Positions 48,200-61,701 of a stretch of 64,000 bases of DNA are shown here, piece by piece. This DNA is from Podarcis muralis. Its lineage: Eukaryota. The DNA lies in assembly GCF_964188315.1 (NCBI RefSeq), contig NC_135658.1:41850001-41914000 (forward strand). The letters run 5' to 3'. Position numbers and translations under genes: made by a program. Each line of letters starts with the position of its first letter. Positions within the stretch are counted from its first letter, which is position 1. The notes beneath the pieces are model-generated. The model was given only the letters and a program-made list of their open reading frames with translations. It ran no database searches and was not told the origin of the DNA.

Positions 48200-48540
48200 C
48201 CTCCTTATTTGAACTCTGTCCTGCACTCAGGCTTTGGTCCTGTATACCTGAAGGTATGTTTCCACCCCCATCGTTCAGCCCGGACACTGAGGTCCAGCAC
48301 TGAGGACCTTCTGGCGGTTCCCTCACTGCGAGAAGTGAGGTTACAGGGAACCAGGCAGATGGCCTTCTCTGTAGTGGCACTTGCCCTATGGAACACCCTC
48401 CCATCAGATGTCAAGGAAATAAACAACTACCTGACTTTTAGAAGACATATGAAGGCGGCCCTGTATAGGGAAGTTTTTAATGTATGATTTACTGTGGTTT
48501 TATAATTTGTTGGAAGCCACCCAGAATGGCTGGGGTAACC
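48200..48540 (+). mobile_element. L2 3' end fragment
   Basis: RTLRSS..LLAVP...RAFSVVA..LWN.LP motif. Confidence 0.85.
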
Positions 48541-48659
48541 ACAATTACCACTCAATTTCCTGGAAGCAACAAAAAGCAGACCTGCTAGCACAGTCTCCAG
48601 TCACAATGAACACATTGAAGGTTGGGCAGATCAGGTGAACTAATATAACCATCATTTAC

Positions 48660-48765
48660 CTTTATCACTCTTCCCAGGTGGACCAATGAGGTTTGGAGCA
48701 GAAACTCTCTTCTCAGTTTGTGTGGAAGGAAATGTGGGAAGAGGTGGTGGGACTTGCCTGGGCGG
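48660..48765 (-). CDS. MAEL: MAEL exon 3 (Pro-rich linker PPRQVPPPLPTF...GKSDK)
   Basis: TTTTCATAG acceptor, G|GTAAAT donor, 106 nt; restores phase between exons 2 and 4; sequence itself is divergent. Confidence 0.8.
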
Positions 48766-48942
48766 CTATGAAAAGTGTAGACAATCCATCAGTTAATCAT
48801 ATATGAACGAAGGGAAAGCAATTACAGTAGTATCCAATTAAAACTGCTAAGACTAATCTTTCCCTCTCCTAGCCCTGTAGAACCTGCAAACTATGAGCCA
48901 ATCACATAACATACACCACACTGCCATGAAGTCACCTCATTA

Positions 48943-49165
48943 CAGTGGTACCTTGGGTTAGATACGCTTCAGGTTACATACGCTTAAGGTTACACACTCC
49001 GCTAACCCAGAAAAAGTGCTTCAGGTTAAGAACAGAAACCGGGCTCCGGTGGCACGGCAGCAGCAGGAGGCCCCATTAGCTAAAGTGGTTTTTCAGGTTA
49101 AGAACAGTTTCAGGTTAAGAACGGACCTCCAGAACGAATTAAGTATTTAACCTGAGGTACCACTG
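48943..49165. mobile_element. MITE family A, copy 5, MAEL intron 2
   Basis: TIRs and TA TSD. Confidence 0.88.
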
Positions 49166-49431
49166 TACTGGTCTTACACCGAGGTGACATCTGTATGAAT
49201 TCCCACTTTCACATAGGTGATGTGCAGGCACACCAACAGCAGGGGTCCAAATTACCACAATGGAATACTAATGAAGTTTGCCCCTCACAAAAATGGCACC
49301 TTGACACAATCCTAGCAGCAACCTTATATATTATCAAGTAGGATGGAATGAAACCTCACCCAGTACTTTTTTCTGGGGGGACGCAGAGCTCTAAATATTC
49401 TGTGAATCTCTACTTCTGTCCATTTACTGTA

Positions 49432-49649
49432 CAGTGGTACCTCTGGATGTGAACGGGATCCGTTCTAGAGCCCTGTTCGCATCATGAGCAGAACGCAACC
49501 TGCGTCTGCCGCGATTGCATGTGATGTCATTCTGAGCATCTGCGGATGCAGTGAAACCCGGAAGTAACCCGTTCCGTTACTTCCGGGTCGCCGCAGGACG
49601 CAACCTGAAAAGATTTAACCGGAAGTGTCTTTAACCCGAGGTATGACTG
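49432..49649. mobile_element. Tigger/pogo-type MITE (different internal sequence)
   Basis: TIR CAGTGGTACCTC/GAGGTATGACTG; TA TSD. Confidence 0.8.
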
Positions 49650-50164
49650 TATTTATTTCCCTCAATTTGAACTATAAAATGGTCATTTTCTTGAGTCAAA
49701 ATGAGAGTACCCCTAAACATTTTTTTTTAGAAAAAAAGAACTGACCTCACCTATAGACCTTCCATTGTAACCTATGGGTGGGAGTTAGTGTAGTGCAAAT
49801 CTGCTCTGGATTTTGGACCTTTCCAGAGCAGGTTCTGTGGGGACTGGGAAGAAGAACAAGGGAAAGTCCAATTTCACAAGCAGATTTCAGTTGTGCAAAC
49901 AAATAGGCATCACTGGACGCCATCATATGCTAAAAACAATCTTCTTGTGGATTATCTATAGTTGAAACTCAGTTACACTGTGATATATCTAATTTAAATA
50001 TTAACTCACAATTTTCAAGACTAGAAAGTTTACAATTCAGACTTCCCATCTATTTTTACAAGAAGGAAGAAAAAGTAACATACAACACAACCACCAGTTT
50101 TAAGGCTCACGTTTTTGAATTATAAACGTTGATCCCTGCATTCTATTGTTACGTTTGCTTATTA

Positions 50165-50296
50165 GGTCACATCCACACCACACATTTATTTCCGCCGAAG
50201 AATCCTGGGAACTGTACTTTACTCCTCACAGAGCTACAATTTTCAGGATTCCTTGGTGGAACTCACGTGTCTCGAATGTATAGTGTGGATGTAAAC
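50165..50296. mobile_element. Short palindromic MITE-like repeat
   Basis: Imperfect terminal inverted repeats CACATCCACAC.../...GTGTGGATGTA. Confidence 0.4.
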
Positions 50297-50571
50297 TTTG
50301 TCAAAGGATTCAATCCTCCTATTTCAGGAACAGCTGCAACGTAAAAACCTACCTGGCTTGTTTGGAAGGGCTCATTATAATCACAACTATACAACACCTG
50401 TGACTGACCAGTTCACTCAGAACCTTCTTTCAAACACATCAAAGTTACTTTTCTTTTGTTCCCACAGACTATAATGGGATTTTCTTCCAATTTATACTAT
50501 AATTATATAATTACTAACTTGCCTCTGAAAATATAAAACTGATTTTCCCTATTCCAGATTCATTCATTCAC

Positions 50572-50655
50572 CTCTTTTGTTGCTACATCTGATTTCTTAG
50601 CTTTCCGTTGACGAGCCATTTCTGCATACTTTTCTTTTTGTTCCTCAGTCAGCAT
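50572..50655 (-). CDS. MAEL: MAEL exon 2 (MLTEEQKEKYAEMARQRK...)
   Basis: AAG acceptor, GAG|GTGAAT donor, 84 nt; HMG box helix 3 EKYAEMAR. Confidence 0.93.
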
Positions 50656-51779
50656 CTTGAAGTAAAACCAGTGTAACATAAGGGCTTGCCATTATTTCTC
50701 TACCATAATTAAAGCAATTCCCCCCATCACTACAACACCAAGATACTGAACACGATGCAGTCAGTTAAGGCTTTTAAGCCTCAGTAATTCCACTGGGAAA
50801 GTTAAGAACAATCTTAACTCTCATAGAAGTCAGCCTAACTTTAAAAAGTGATTAACTTTGGGTTGATTGTGCTCAGCAACTTTCCCACCACTCAGAACTT
50901 TGCAAGCTTGTCTAGAGAAAAGCCCTAGCCTACAGAATTCAATGTGGTTCACTCACCAGTAAATGAGTGGTATCCGATATTAGCCATACTCAGAGCAGAC
51001 TTGGAGTACAGTTAAGAAATGTCAATCATTTGATTCCAAATGGTCTAAACTGAGTACAACTTAGTTGGATATATCCCAGGGTGCTTGTAGCATAACCTGA
51101 AGCAAGACTGTTGTACCTAAAGGGTGTAAACCCTGTTCACATACCAAGAATTCAAAGCCACAGTTAAGTAACTCAACTTTTAAGGGAGGATTTGGGAAGT
51201 CTGCAACCTGTATATCTGCAATCTGTATATTTCTATGCACTGACTTTAGTCATCTTTCTAGTTTCTCCAATCTTTCACCTTTTGGATTATTGCGAATAGC
51301 ATGGCATGACTACTTTTTCAAACCTTGGTAGAAGCCTCTTTGTGCATATGACTGGCAGTGGGGAAAAAACCCATTTGGGGAATGCACCTTACAAGAGTCC
51401 ACCATTTCTTTACAAACAGACTTTTTTTTAAAAAAAAAAGGAGGGCTGAAACCAGTGGTAGGGTAGCCAGTCACTCCCCATCACTACAATAGTAGTTACA
51501 GGCTCTACTAAAGTCCGCGTCAAACTTTTTTTTTTTTAAAAAGTTGCTCATTCTAAGCCACCGTGAGTCTTTGATAGGAAAAGTAAGGTAAAAAGGGTCT
51601 AATTAATGAAAATGTTGACCTCACACTTGTTTTTTTAAGTATTTTACAGCACTCATTCTTCAGCTGGGGTTATTATGGGGGGTTTAAATTCCCCAAACAG
51701 CTTATACGTAACAACTATCGACAACTTGTCCCCCTCCCTCCTTGAGAATCAAAACCAGGTTATCCAACTCCATGGAGGG

Positions 51780-52110
51780 TCTAACATGGCTCCCCGCGCC
51801 GACCAAGAAGGGCGAGAGAGAGGAGGCCCGCCTCGCCTCGCCCCGCTCACCGCCCAGTCGTCGGAACAGAACGGGATGGCATCCCGCACGCCCGTCACGG
51901 CCAGGCCCCGCCGCTTCAGCTCCGGCAGCTTCTCCAGCACGAAGAAATAATAAGCGTTGCGCGCGCCTTTGCGGTTAGGCATCGCGCTCGGGGCAAACGG
52001 CCGAAGCAGAGAGGAGCAGCACGTCCGCCTCCTTCCCCTTCTCCCCTCTTATAAAGGAGAGGCCGAACGCCCTTTGGCTGGCGGCGGGGGGAAGCCGGGA
52101 TTCGCTGAGG
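51780..52110. promoter_or_regulatory. CpG-rich island over MAEL exon 1 / promoter
   Basis: Visible CpG density far above the flanks; TATA-like TTTATAAG on minus strand about 65 nt upstream of the ATG. Confidence 0.7.
51851..51982 (-). CDS. MAEL: MAEL exon 1 (HMG box start MPNRKGARNAYYFFVLEKLPEL...DDWA)
   Basis: Closely matches the vertebrate Maelstrom N-terminus; 132 nt, GCG|GTGAG donor; lies in a CpG-rich island. Confidence 0.97.
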
Positions 52111-52809
52111 GGAATGAGAATGATTTAAAAAAAAAAAAATTAATTAAAGTGACCCGAGGCAGAGCCAAGCGCTTTCTTCTTTTTTCACGTCTTTGAGATT
52201 AATTCGCATGGAAGTTGTAGAGTGTTTTCATGGGGCTGTGGGGTGAAATGCTTTTCTAATAAGCAAGTCTTGATCTGAGGCCTACACCCACCACGGTGCC
52301 TCGGAGCTTGTTTGCTCCTCAGAGGTTCGTCTCTTGTGAATTTCTGCAAGCCAGTCATGGAATTCTTCCAAGTTCACCTTCTTGGCTTGCTAAGTTTGAC
52401 CTGGCACGCCCCACTATATATTTATCTTGATCGAAACATATTATGAAACTGGCAAATGGTGGTGGTGGTGGGGAGGTCAAATGAAAAGTAAGAATACACC
52501 CCCATTCAAATAAAGATTAAACACACAAGAAAAGAGAGAGGTACGCATTTGGGCTGATGCATTCACAGTCCCTGGAATAAATTATTGGTATTGGAGGGTA
52601 ACCTCCCACCCTTTCTTATTTCAAAGTCATCTTGGCTCATTGGGTTTGAACCTGCAAACTATATTTCAAGATCGCAACCCTGTTTTGTGAGAGGGCTCCT
52701 TGTACTTTTAACTGGACAAGCTTTTCCTATCAATTCATCTCTATGCTGGATAAAACTGTTAGATTGTGGTTCAAGAACATTTAGATACCAGAACGGGAGT
52801 TTAGTTCTT

Positions 52810-54551
52810 TGTTGTTGTTGTTGTTTAGTCGTGTCCGACTCTTCGTGACCCCATGGACCAGAGCACGCCAGGCACTTCTGTCCTCCACTGCCTCCCGCAG
52901 TTTGATCAAATTCATGCTGGTAGCTTCAAGAACACTATCCAACCATCTCATCCTCTGTCGTCCCCTTCTCCTTGTGCCCTCCATCTTTCCCAACATCAGG
53001 GTCTTTTCCAGGGAGTCTTTTCTTCTCATGAGGTGGCCAAAGTATTGGAGCCTCAACTTCACGATCTGTCCTTCCAGTGAGCACTCAGGTCTGATTTCCT
53101 TAAGAATGGATGCGTTTGATCTTCTTGCAGTCCATGGGACTCTCAAGAGTCTCCTCCAGCACCATAATTCAAAAGCATCAATTCTTCGGCGATCAGCCTT
53201 CTTTATGGTCCAGCTCTCACTTCCATACATCACTACTGGGGAAACCATAGCTTTTACAGTACTATACGGACCTTTGTTGGCAAGGTGATGTCTCTACTTT
53301 TTAAGATGCTGTCTAGGTTTGTCATTGCTTTTCTCCCAAGAAGCAGGCGTCTTTTAATTTCGTGACTGCTGTCACCATCTGCAGTGATCATGGAGCCCAA
53401 GAAAGTGAAATCTCTTACTGCCTCCATTTCTTCCCCTTCTATTTGCCAGGAGGTGATGGGCCCAGTGGCCATGATCTTCGTTTCTTTGATGTTGAGCTTC
53501 AGACCATATTTTGCACTCTCCTCTTTCACCCTCAATAAAAGGTTCTTTAATTCCTCCTCACTTTCTGCCATCAAGGTTGTGTCAGCTGCATATCTGAGGT
53601 TGTTGATATTTCTTCCGGCAATCTTAATTCCGGCTTCGGATTCATCCAGCCCAGCCTTTCGCATGATGAATTCTGCATATAAGTTAAATAAGCAGGGAGA
53701 CAATATACAGCCTTGTCGTACTCCTTTCCCAATTTTGAACCAATCAGTTGTTCCATATCCAGTTCTAACTGTAGCTTCTTGTCCCACATAGAGATTTCTC
53801 AGGAGACAGATGAGGTGATCAGGCACTCCCATTTCTTTAAGAACTTGCCATAGTTTGCTGTGGTCGACACAGTCAAAGGCTTTTGCATAGTCAATGAAGC
53901 AGAAGTAGATGTCTTTCTGGAACTCTCTAGCTTTCTCCATAATCCAGCGCATGTTTGCAATTTGGTCTCTGGTTCCTCTGCCTCTTCTAAATCCAGCTTG
54001 CACTTCTGGGAGTTCTTGGTCCACATACTGCTTGAGCCTTCCTTGTAGAATTTTAAGCATAACCTTGCTAGCGTGTGAAATGAGTGCAATTGTGCGGTAG
54101 TTGGAGCATTCTTTGGCACTTTCCTTCTTTGGGATTGGGATGTAGACTGATCTTCTCCAATCCTCTGGCCACTGCTGAGTTTTCCAAACTTGCTGGCATA
54201 TTGAGTGTAGCACCTTAACAGCATCATCTTTTAAAATTTTAAATAGTTCAGCTGGAATATCATCACTTCCACTGGCCTTGTTATTTGCAGTGCTTTCTAA
54301 GGCCCATTTGACTTCACTCTCCAGGATGTCTGGCTCAAGGTCAGCAACCACACTACCTGGGGTGTACGAGACATCCATATCTTTCTGGTATAATTCCTCT
54401 GTGTATTCTTGCCACCTCTTCTTGATGTCTTCTGCTTCTGTTAGGTCCTTACCACTTTTGTCCTTTATTATGGTAATCTTTGTACGAAATGTTCCTTTCA
54501 TATTTCCGATTTTCTTGAACAGATCTCTGGTTCTTCCCATTCTGTTGTTTT
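52810..54551 (-). mobile_element. 5'-truncated RTE-BovB LINE upstream of MAEL
   Basis: NYRTIALISHASK, RQGCILSPCLFN, YGSESW motifs; catalytic YADD reads YAAD; frameshifting insertion near 53255; (AAC)n tail; no clear TSD. Confidence 0.93.
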
Positions 54552-54997
54552 TGCCCCCATGCAAATAATGTTTATTGCCCCCCTCCTGAAGCTGCAATCA
54601 GCCATAGTGTGGGGAAGATTTTCCTGTTCTGTGGCTAATAGCTTCAGAGAGGGAATATTTGAATCCCTGATCCAAACTGGGGATCCCATGGCTACTCTTT
54701 AAGAAAGAAAAAGCTGTCGGGATTGCCAATGGAGCTTCAATGTTATCTTTTGTTTGAACCACACTTCAACAGTAACAGAAACTCCAACTTGAGTATATTC
54801 AGTTTGGTTTTAATTGGGACTCTAGATATTCACTTAGCAAACCGCAGACAGGAAAATAAAATAGTGTAGTATTACCTGGGTCTACTGCTGTGCATTGGTC
54901 ATTTTGTTGTTTTGGCTCTGCACATAAATGCTCCAGACTCTTGAATTTCAGGACTGTTTGGCCCCATTAGTTACACTCGTCCCCTCCGTTCTGTAGC

Positions 54998-55070
54998 TGT
55001 GTGTGTGTATCTATATCTATATCTATATATCTATCTCTATCTCTATCTCTATATATCTCTCTATATATCT
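54998..55070. repeat. Compound (TG)/(TATC)/(TA)/(TC) microsatellite
   Basis: Visible simple repeats. Confidence 0.9.
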
Positions 55071-57221
55071 GAAAGTAACCTTTCATGTCTCTGGTGAGGA
55101 GGAAGTCTAGTCAATGCAAATTTATGCAGCAATACATCTGTTAGTCTGACTCTTTCTTGTTTTTATTTTTATCTGTAACCCAGTACCCACACAGTACAGA
55201 TGGGCTTTGCATAGTGAACACCGTAGTCAGAATTTCCAGCAGTTTTTTTATGGTGAATGTTAACAAGTTGGGCTCATGCTGTACCAATGCTGCAGAATCT
55301 CTTGTTGTGCATTAGCATTGCTAGTTGCCTCAGCGCATCAGAAAAGTGCAAGCTGAAGCCATAATTGTTAGGTGCTATGTAATGGCATCATATAAAGCTG
55401 TTATGTAGAACAAAGTACTACAGAGGCAAGACCGGGTATGAGTCACTTCCTAAGGATATTTTTGGCCATCATGCAAAACCTATGCTAGGTATGTTACAGA
55501 TGAGTTTTCTTAATTCCTCATCATTTGCCAATGTAATTGTCATACATAGTCCCCCCATGCATATCTCTGCAGTTTCCCATTTGAATTAGGCACAGTAGAA
55601 CTCACCCCTAAATTAAATGAAGTCCAAGAATGCATAGTGGGCTGCATTTGCTCAAGTTTATACCTTATTATTCCAACACATCCCTCCCTCTCTTCTCTTT
55701 CTCTGCTGTTTCCCAACATAGCCTATATTGCTTATACTGTATGTAGACTGCAATATTCTGGAGGCAGGACCTACTGTAAAGTGCAGTGTACATTGATGGT
55801 GCCTTATCAATACAAGTATAACAAAACCAGATATGTTGATGATAGATAGGAGCAGAGATCGAACACTTACAACCCTATCCTGTATATTGTGGTGTTAAAA
55901 TAGATAATCTAAATTTGAAAGCTTGCTGTGCCCTCCATAACAGTGGCAGCTAGTCTGAAAATATTATCAGGCTGTGCATCTCTGCCAGGAGAAGGATGCT
56001 ATCCATGCTCTCAGAATGGCTACCACTGAGCCCTGGATTGCACCAGTACATGGTAGTCAGTATTAAGCTGTCCTTATTCAGAAGCACCTCTACAACTCAT
56101 TACCTCAGCAGCACGTAAAGACATGCAGGCACACATGAACACATGCAGACAGATTGTACCCACTTTACTGAGCCTTATGGAAAGGAAAGGCTGCAGACTA
56201 TAAATTGACTAGATTCAGCCAAGAACAAAAATATTTGTCATGAGGCAAAGTAAGTACCGTAAGTGCTTCAGCAGCAATTTGTTGTGAATGTGCTAGTGAT
56301 GAAAGAGAGATTCCAATGTGGAGTGCTAGCAGAGGAAAGCTTTTATAGTGTATGGCAGTCTTAAAGAAACTGACTGAACAATATGAAGTCACTGCAGTAT
56401 TAAATGGTGCTTTTTGTGACATGCTGGCCTTTAGCAAATATAATGAAGCAATTTAGCAGCAACTATTTGTTGAATGCTGCCTCACGTCTCAAAAAGCTAT
56501 AGAAATCACAGTTTCTATGGAAATTGCTACAAGGTAAATCCAGAGTGTGAGCTGTAGGGATGTGCAGACGAAGACAAAGAATCAAATAAAGATTCAAGGG
56601 GGAAGATTTTAAGTAAGGGGATGTATACCCTACCATTTTCTTGCAGCTCAAGCTGCCATTTTCTTATACCTGACATAGCGTAGCCTAGGACAAGTTGCTT
56701 GTGCCCCTATGCTCCTAATATTTGCAGACATGCAGGTGAAGTGTTGATGCTGGCCCACCCTGTGCCATCATTCCCCCATGTTTAGAATGGCATTCTTAGA
56801 TGCCTTGCATCCTTCTTTTTAGCTTCCTACCATGTGGGAACTTTAGAAAAGGAAAGTGCAACATATGGAGACAGCTTATATGGAAGCCTGATTATGCAGA
56901 TAGAGGGTGCAGATGTCAGGAGTCACAGCATGTTGAGAGAGGTGGGGGGGGGGAGGGAGAAACATGACTATAGTGAGAAGAAATTAGAGATAGAGATTAA
57001 AGCTGATAAATTAGGGGGAAAGGAAGAATAACTGGGCAGAAGAGCAGCTTTTATGGTCTGCAGCATCACTTTGATAGCACTGTATTACTCTTGCTCTTGC
57101 AGATTGCTAGGACACTATTACAAAAAGGGCATCAACAGTTCAAAACCATTTGTTCACAGAAGTCCCAGTTTTGTTTTGGTATTGAATTTAGTGTGGTATT
57201 CTTTCTCAACTCATTTTAAGA

Positions 57222-57359
57222 CAACCTTCACCAGCTTGGTGGTCTCCAGAAGTTTTGGACTACAATTTCCATTAGCCTTGGCCACCTCAACAGTACTAGC
57301 TGGGCCTGATGGGAGTTGTAGTCCAAAACATCTGAAAGGCACCAGGTTGGCAAAGGCTA
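57222..57359. mobile_element. Older hAT MITE (GGACTACAA-palindrome family)
   Basis: Imperfect inverted arms related to 6935 and 8456. Confidence 0.6.
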
Positions 57360-60325
57360 GACTAAGGTATTTCCAACACTTGATTTATATATTTTATTGG
57401 TCTAACAGAGGTTTGTTTACGAAAAAGTATCAGTGTCTAATTGGAATGTGTTACACACCAGGACAATCATGCTCTTTCCTGTATCAGCCAAATATAAATC
57501 CTTTAAAGTCAGTTAAGAACTGCAATTGGTGACTGGGATGGGATCAGAGAGATTCAAAATTAAACTCCATTATACAATGCAGGCTTGTGCTGAATAATGC
57601 AAAACTGTTCTTCTTGGCCCAATAGTGGATTATACGTGCACTACTAAATAATTGGCCGGTAACTGAGAGAGAGGTTTTACAACAACATGTTTTTTCCCTA
57701 CTGAAAATTAAAAAGAAGAAGAAATATATCACTGTAAAGAGGGGGAAAACACTCAAACCCTCCCTAATTTAAGAAAAATATTGTTTGAGCTGCCTGGAGT
57801 GTAACTGAGACAGTACAAACACAAGAGTGTTTGTCTGGTAGATTTCACCCTCGTCTTGGGACAGAGTCCTATCAGATCAACAGAAAAGAATCTCTGTTCT
57901 GTAGTATCACTGAAGGTCCATAGAATGGGGCCACACAGAAGCAAAAAGTATGCAATGTGGTATTGCTCTTCCATTGGCCCATTCAAATGCTTTTTCAAAC
58001 AATGGGAAGGCACACAAGTATACAGATAAACAGACATACAAATAAACAGGTGATGACAGCTGTTGGCTGGGAAGTAGAGCTATGAGACAGGTTAGCACTC
58101 CACATCCTGACCTAAGTCAGGAACCAAAACAACAGGACTGGGGGAAATGGTGTGTCAGGAAGGTGCTTGTTCTGTTCCCCACAAAAATGACGGGTTCATA
58201 CCTCCATAGGGAGGCTTATGGAACTCTGGTTTTCAAATTAATTTTTAAGCTGAGCAATCAGCATGAATGTCAGAAAGGAGGAGAAGGAGGCCAAAGGTCT
58301 ATTCTGTTCTGTGGTTTGAGCTACTAGGAGAATTAAATTGTTTGTTGTGCTTAGCACACAGAGCCTAACTAATAATAAACTCAGAACACAGGGGTATTTT
58401 AAAGTGAGAATAAATCAGCATTGCACACAGAACAATACCACTTCCTTGAATTGAGAATATATTTCCTGAGCGATGAGTCAAACTTTATTTTCAAGAAAGG
58501 TGGTCTTTGCCAAGTTTGCTTGCCAGCACTGGAGGGAAAAAATAAATACAGAAAACATTAACCAAATACTTATGTTTATAATTTGGGAAAACATCTGCAG
58601 ATTTGTTCCAACAAGGAGCTACGAGTTAGGTTTTGCTGTTTAACAAATAGTTGAAATAAGCAGAGAAAAGGAATATCTAATTCCGTATCTTTGTGTTGTG
58701 AAGACTTGACTCTGTTCTATACAGAACTTCACAGATAATATTTTATGCATAAAATAAGGAATCAGTCTTCAGCTGGTACAAATCAGTCTAACTCCATTCT
58801 TATCATGAAATGTGTTACTGTGGTGCCATGATTCATGCCTCTGCTGAGAAAGTGAAGGGGTTGCATACATGTGGTATTGTGGTAGGTGAACTGCACAGTG
58901 GAATTTGTAGTTAAAGGCATAAAATGGATCTGGGAGGAATGGCAAAGAAAGGGCAAGGCTGAAGTGTTTGGAGAACAGCAGAGTTTAGCTTTAGGCTGCA
59001 TACACATCACGGTACTGTTTACTCTGGCTCCAATGCAACACCCACTGTCTGAAGTCAAGTACACATGACGTTAGCCACAATCCATGTATCCTGTAGCTTC
59101 TTGAGAAATCCTGTTGATTGATGGACTTTTCCTCAAACCAGCTTCCATCTGATTTGAAAACGTAAGCCACAGCCTAATGATTTGTGCCTTTGTGCCAGCA
59201 GATCCCTACAATCTTCAGAGAAGGTCCTGCTGACTATACTGAAATCAGTGGGGTGTCTGTGTCATCACGAAAGAGGGTCTTCTATGTTGTGGCACCTAAC
59301 ATCTGAAATACACACTTGGGAAATTGGGTATATATTAACTGTGATTTCAAGAGGCATCTGAAAACCTTTCTGTTTAGAGAAGCTTTCCCTGACTGCAGAT
59401 TTTTTTGATCACATATTGATCAGTTTTTGCTTATTGGTATTCTGAAATTTTAATTTTTTTTTAATTGTGTGCTACTTTGATGTGTTTATTTTTTTGCATT
59501 TTTCATCTGTAAATTGCTTGATTGATTATATTAAGTGCTGTATAAATATATAAGAAAGGATTCATTTAACACAGTTATCTACTAAGCCGCATCAGTACCA
59601 TTATTCCCTCCCTAGGTTTGAAACCAACTGCTTAACTAGCTGACTGATTTCTGTTACTCTTTTTCTTCTACAGTGACAGCTGTCTCATTCCACCGCTTAC
59701 TTGACAGATGCTACAAAAGATAAAAGTTTAATACAGCACTTTCATGTTGAGCATTTGCAGATATTACGATTAACAATTCATGGAAAATCTTTCATAGTTT
59801 ATACCTTGTGCATTCTCAGAGCAAATCCACAAGGTAGGTCACAGTTGCACACCTTTTATAGGGAAGGAATGGAGGCTGAACTCAAGGCAGGCCACATAAA
59901 CAATCCATTACTAAGATGGGATTTTATCCCACATGCCTTAGATCCAAAACAAGTTGGACGTAGACCATCAATGGACCACTTCTTTGACACTTTTCTTTTA
60001 AATACATTGTTATAGAAATATGTTTTAGTCACAGAAGCTTTGTGGGTGTATCTCTGTTCTGCTAGCAGAGGGGGAATGAAGGCAGAAAAGGGCGGTGATT
60101 TGGGGAAGAACAAGGAAGGCAAAAATCTATGGTTGAAACCCTTTAGTAAAGAGCATGGCAACAGCAGCTTTAAGTAACACATGATTTAGCAACCCCCCCA
60201 ATCTATCATTTAATTGTTATTCAGTGAGCCAGAAATTTTCTGTGGGTTGAATCCAGACTTAATCATGCATCAAGTAAACCCATTGAAATCAAAGGAATTA
60301 AGTTAGCAACTTAAGTATGATCAAA

Positions 60326-60465
60326 CAGCAGTTGGTAGAGCATAAAACTCTAAATCTCAGGGTTGTGGGTTCAACCCTCACATTGGGTGAAAGATCCCTG
60401 CACTGCAGGGGGTTGGACTAGATGATCCTTGTGGTCTCTTCCAACTCTGCAATTCTATTATTCTA
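60326..60465 (+). mobile_element. tRNA-headed SINE with CR1-type 3' end (Squam3-like)
   Basis: Box A/B-like head GTTGGTAGAGCAT...GGTTCAA; then GGGTTGGACTAGATGATCC...TTCCAACTCT and a TTCTATTA tail. Confidence 0.75.
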
Positions 60466-61299
60466 AGGCTGGATCCAAGCCTGATAATTTAATTGTTAGT
60501 GGTAGTACCTGTTTGTGCCAGGAAAAAATTCAGGTTAACTCAGACTTTTAGGCTGAGGTAACTATTGCCATTCCTATTTTGTAGTTGATAAGTGCAATGC
60601 CATTTAGAATGGGAGAGGTGTTCTGTGCAAGTATTTGATGTGCCTTGATCACTGCTGGAATAGTCCAGAAAGTTCAAATCATATATATTTTATATTTGTG
60701 CACTATCTTCTTTAGAATTGTGTAAATATAAAATCATTGATATATAAATAGTTATCTGAATGCATACCAAAAACACTCCTGCTAAATTTTGCAACAACAC
60801 AAAGAGATTTTGCCATTAGCTTCAGTGAAATGAGATAAGGGAGGGGGGGAATAAGAGATAAGATAAGACAGAACAGGGGGATAAAAGCCTGCGCTGTTCT
60901 ATTGCTAGCTATAACGTGAAAACCGTAAGAAACTATACATAAGAAGCCATTTATTGGAAGAGGAGTTTTAACTAATGGTGTTTGGCTATCTTGTTCCTGC
61001 ACATGTGGATGGATATACAGTATATATATCTGCACCAGCGAAGGATTAATGCATCCGGTGCTGAGCATTTATATGTGTTTTCTCTGCATGCCTAGGAAGA
61101 TCCCTTTTCAGGTTTGGGACCACATGCTCCTTCTTTCCCCTCAGCTTCGTTGGTACACATTCTTAGATCCGGCTGCTTGTTCTCACTAGTCTTTCAGTTA
61201 CACCACTTAGTCCTTAAACACGAAGACTGCCCAGTGTGATGAACTCCCTCCAGTTCCTGGACAGCTTCAATGGGCAGCCATGTGATTTAGAAACTCCTG

Positions 61300-61701
61300 C
61301 AGCCTCGGAATTCTGGTTGCGGGGGGCGGGGGAGGAGAAGACTTAAAACCTTGGAAGTTTTCAGCCCATTGTCAATCCGAGCTTGGTTTGAGGACTACAG
61401 CTGACTAACGGTGATTCCCCCGCCACCGTCTTGCCTGCGATGCATAAATTACGACGCAGGGAGCAGAATTCCCGAAGGAGGGCAGTGCAGCCCCCCTCCC
61501 CTTAGCAGAATGGTAGCTCCCATTCAGAACTCTCTGTCTATTCACACGCTGAGTTATGTGGCGGAAGACCCGCAGATAACGGGAAAGAACACTTGAGGTG
61601 CCAGCCGCTTCGTAGCGGGGAGCCTCATTTTTTACTTTCCTGGCTCCGGTTTCTCCCCCTCTCTCCCCTTCTTTTCCTTTCTGGAGGGACAGACCGCGAA
61701 G
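61300..61701 (+). promoter_or_regulatory. ILDR2 CpG-rich promoter / 5' UTR
   Basis: GC box GGGGCGGG near 61323; elevated CpG up to the ATG. Confidence 0.55.

Noticed and set aside
51985-52250. A-MYB, E2F6 or MAX germline-gene motifs in the MAEL promoter
   Set aside because: Only partial matches (AAACGG, GGCGGGG, CACGTC), not distinguishable from chance
54552-54597. N-terminus MQLQEGGNKHYLHGG of the 447-aa RTE ORF
   Set aside because: Flanking sequence; BovB homology starts at about NNRMG
60326-60400. tRNA gene
   Set aside because: No complete cloverleaf; it continues into a CR1-type tail, so it is a SINE
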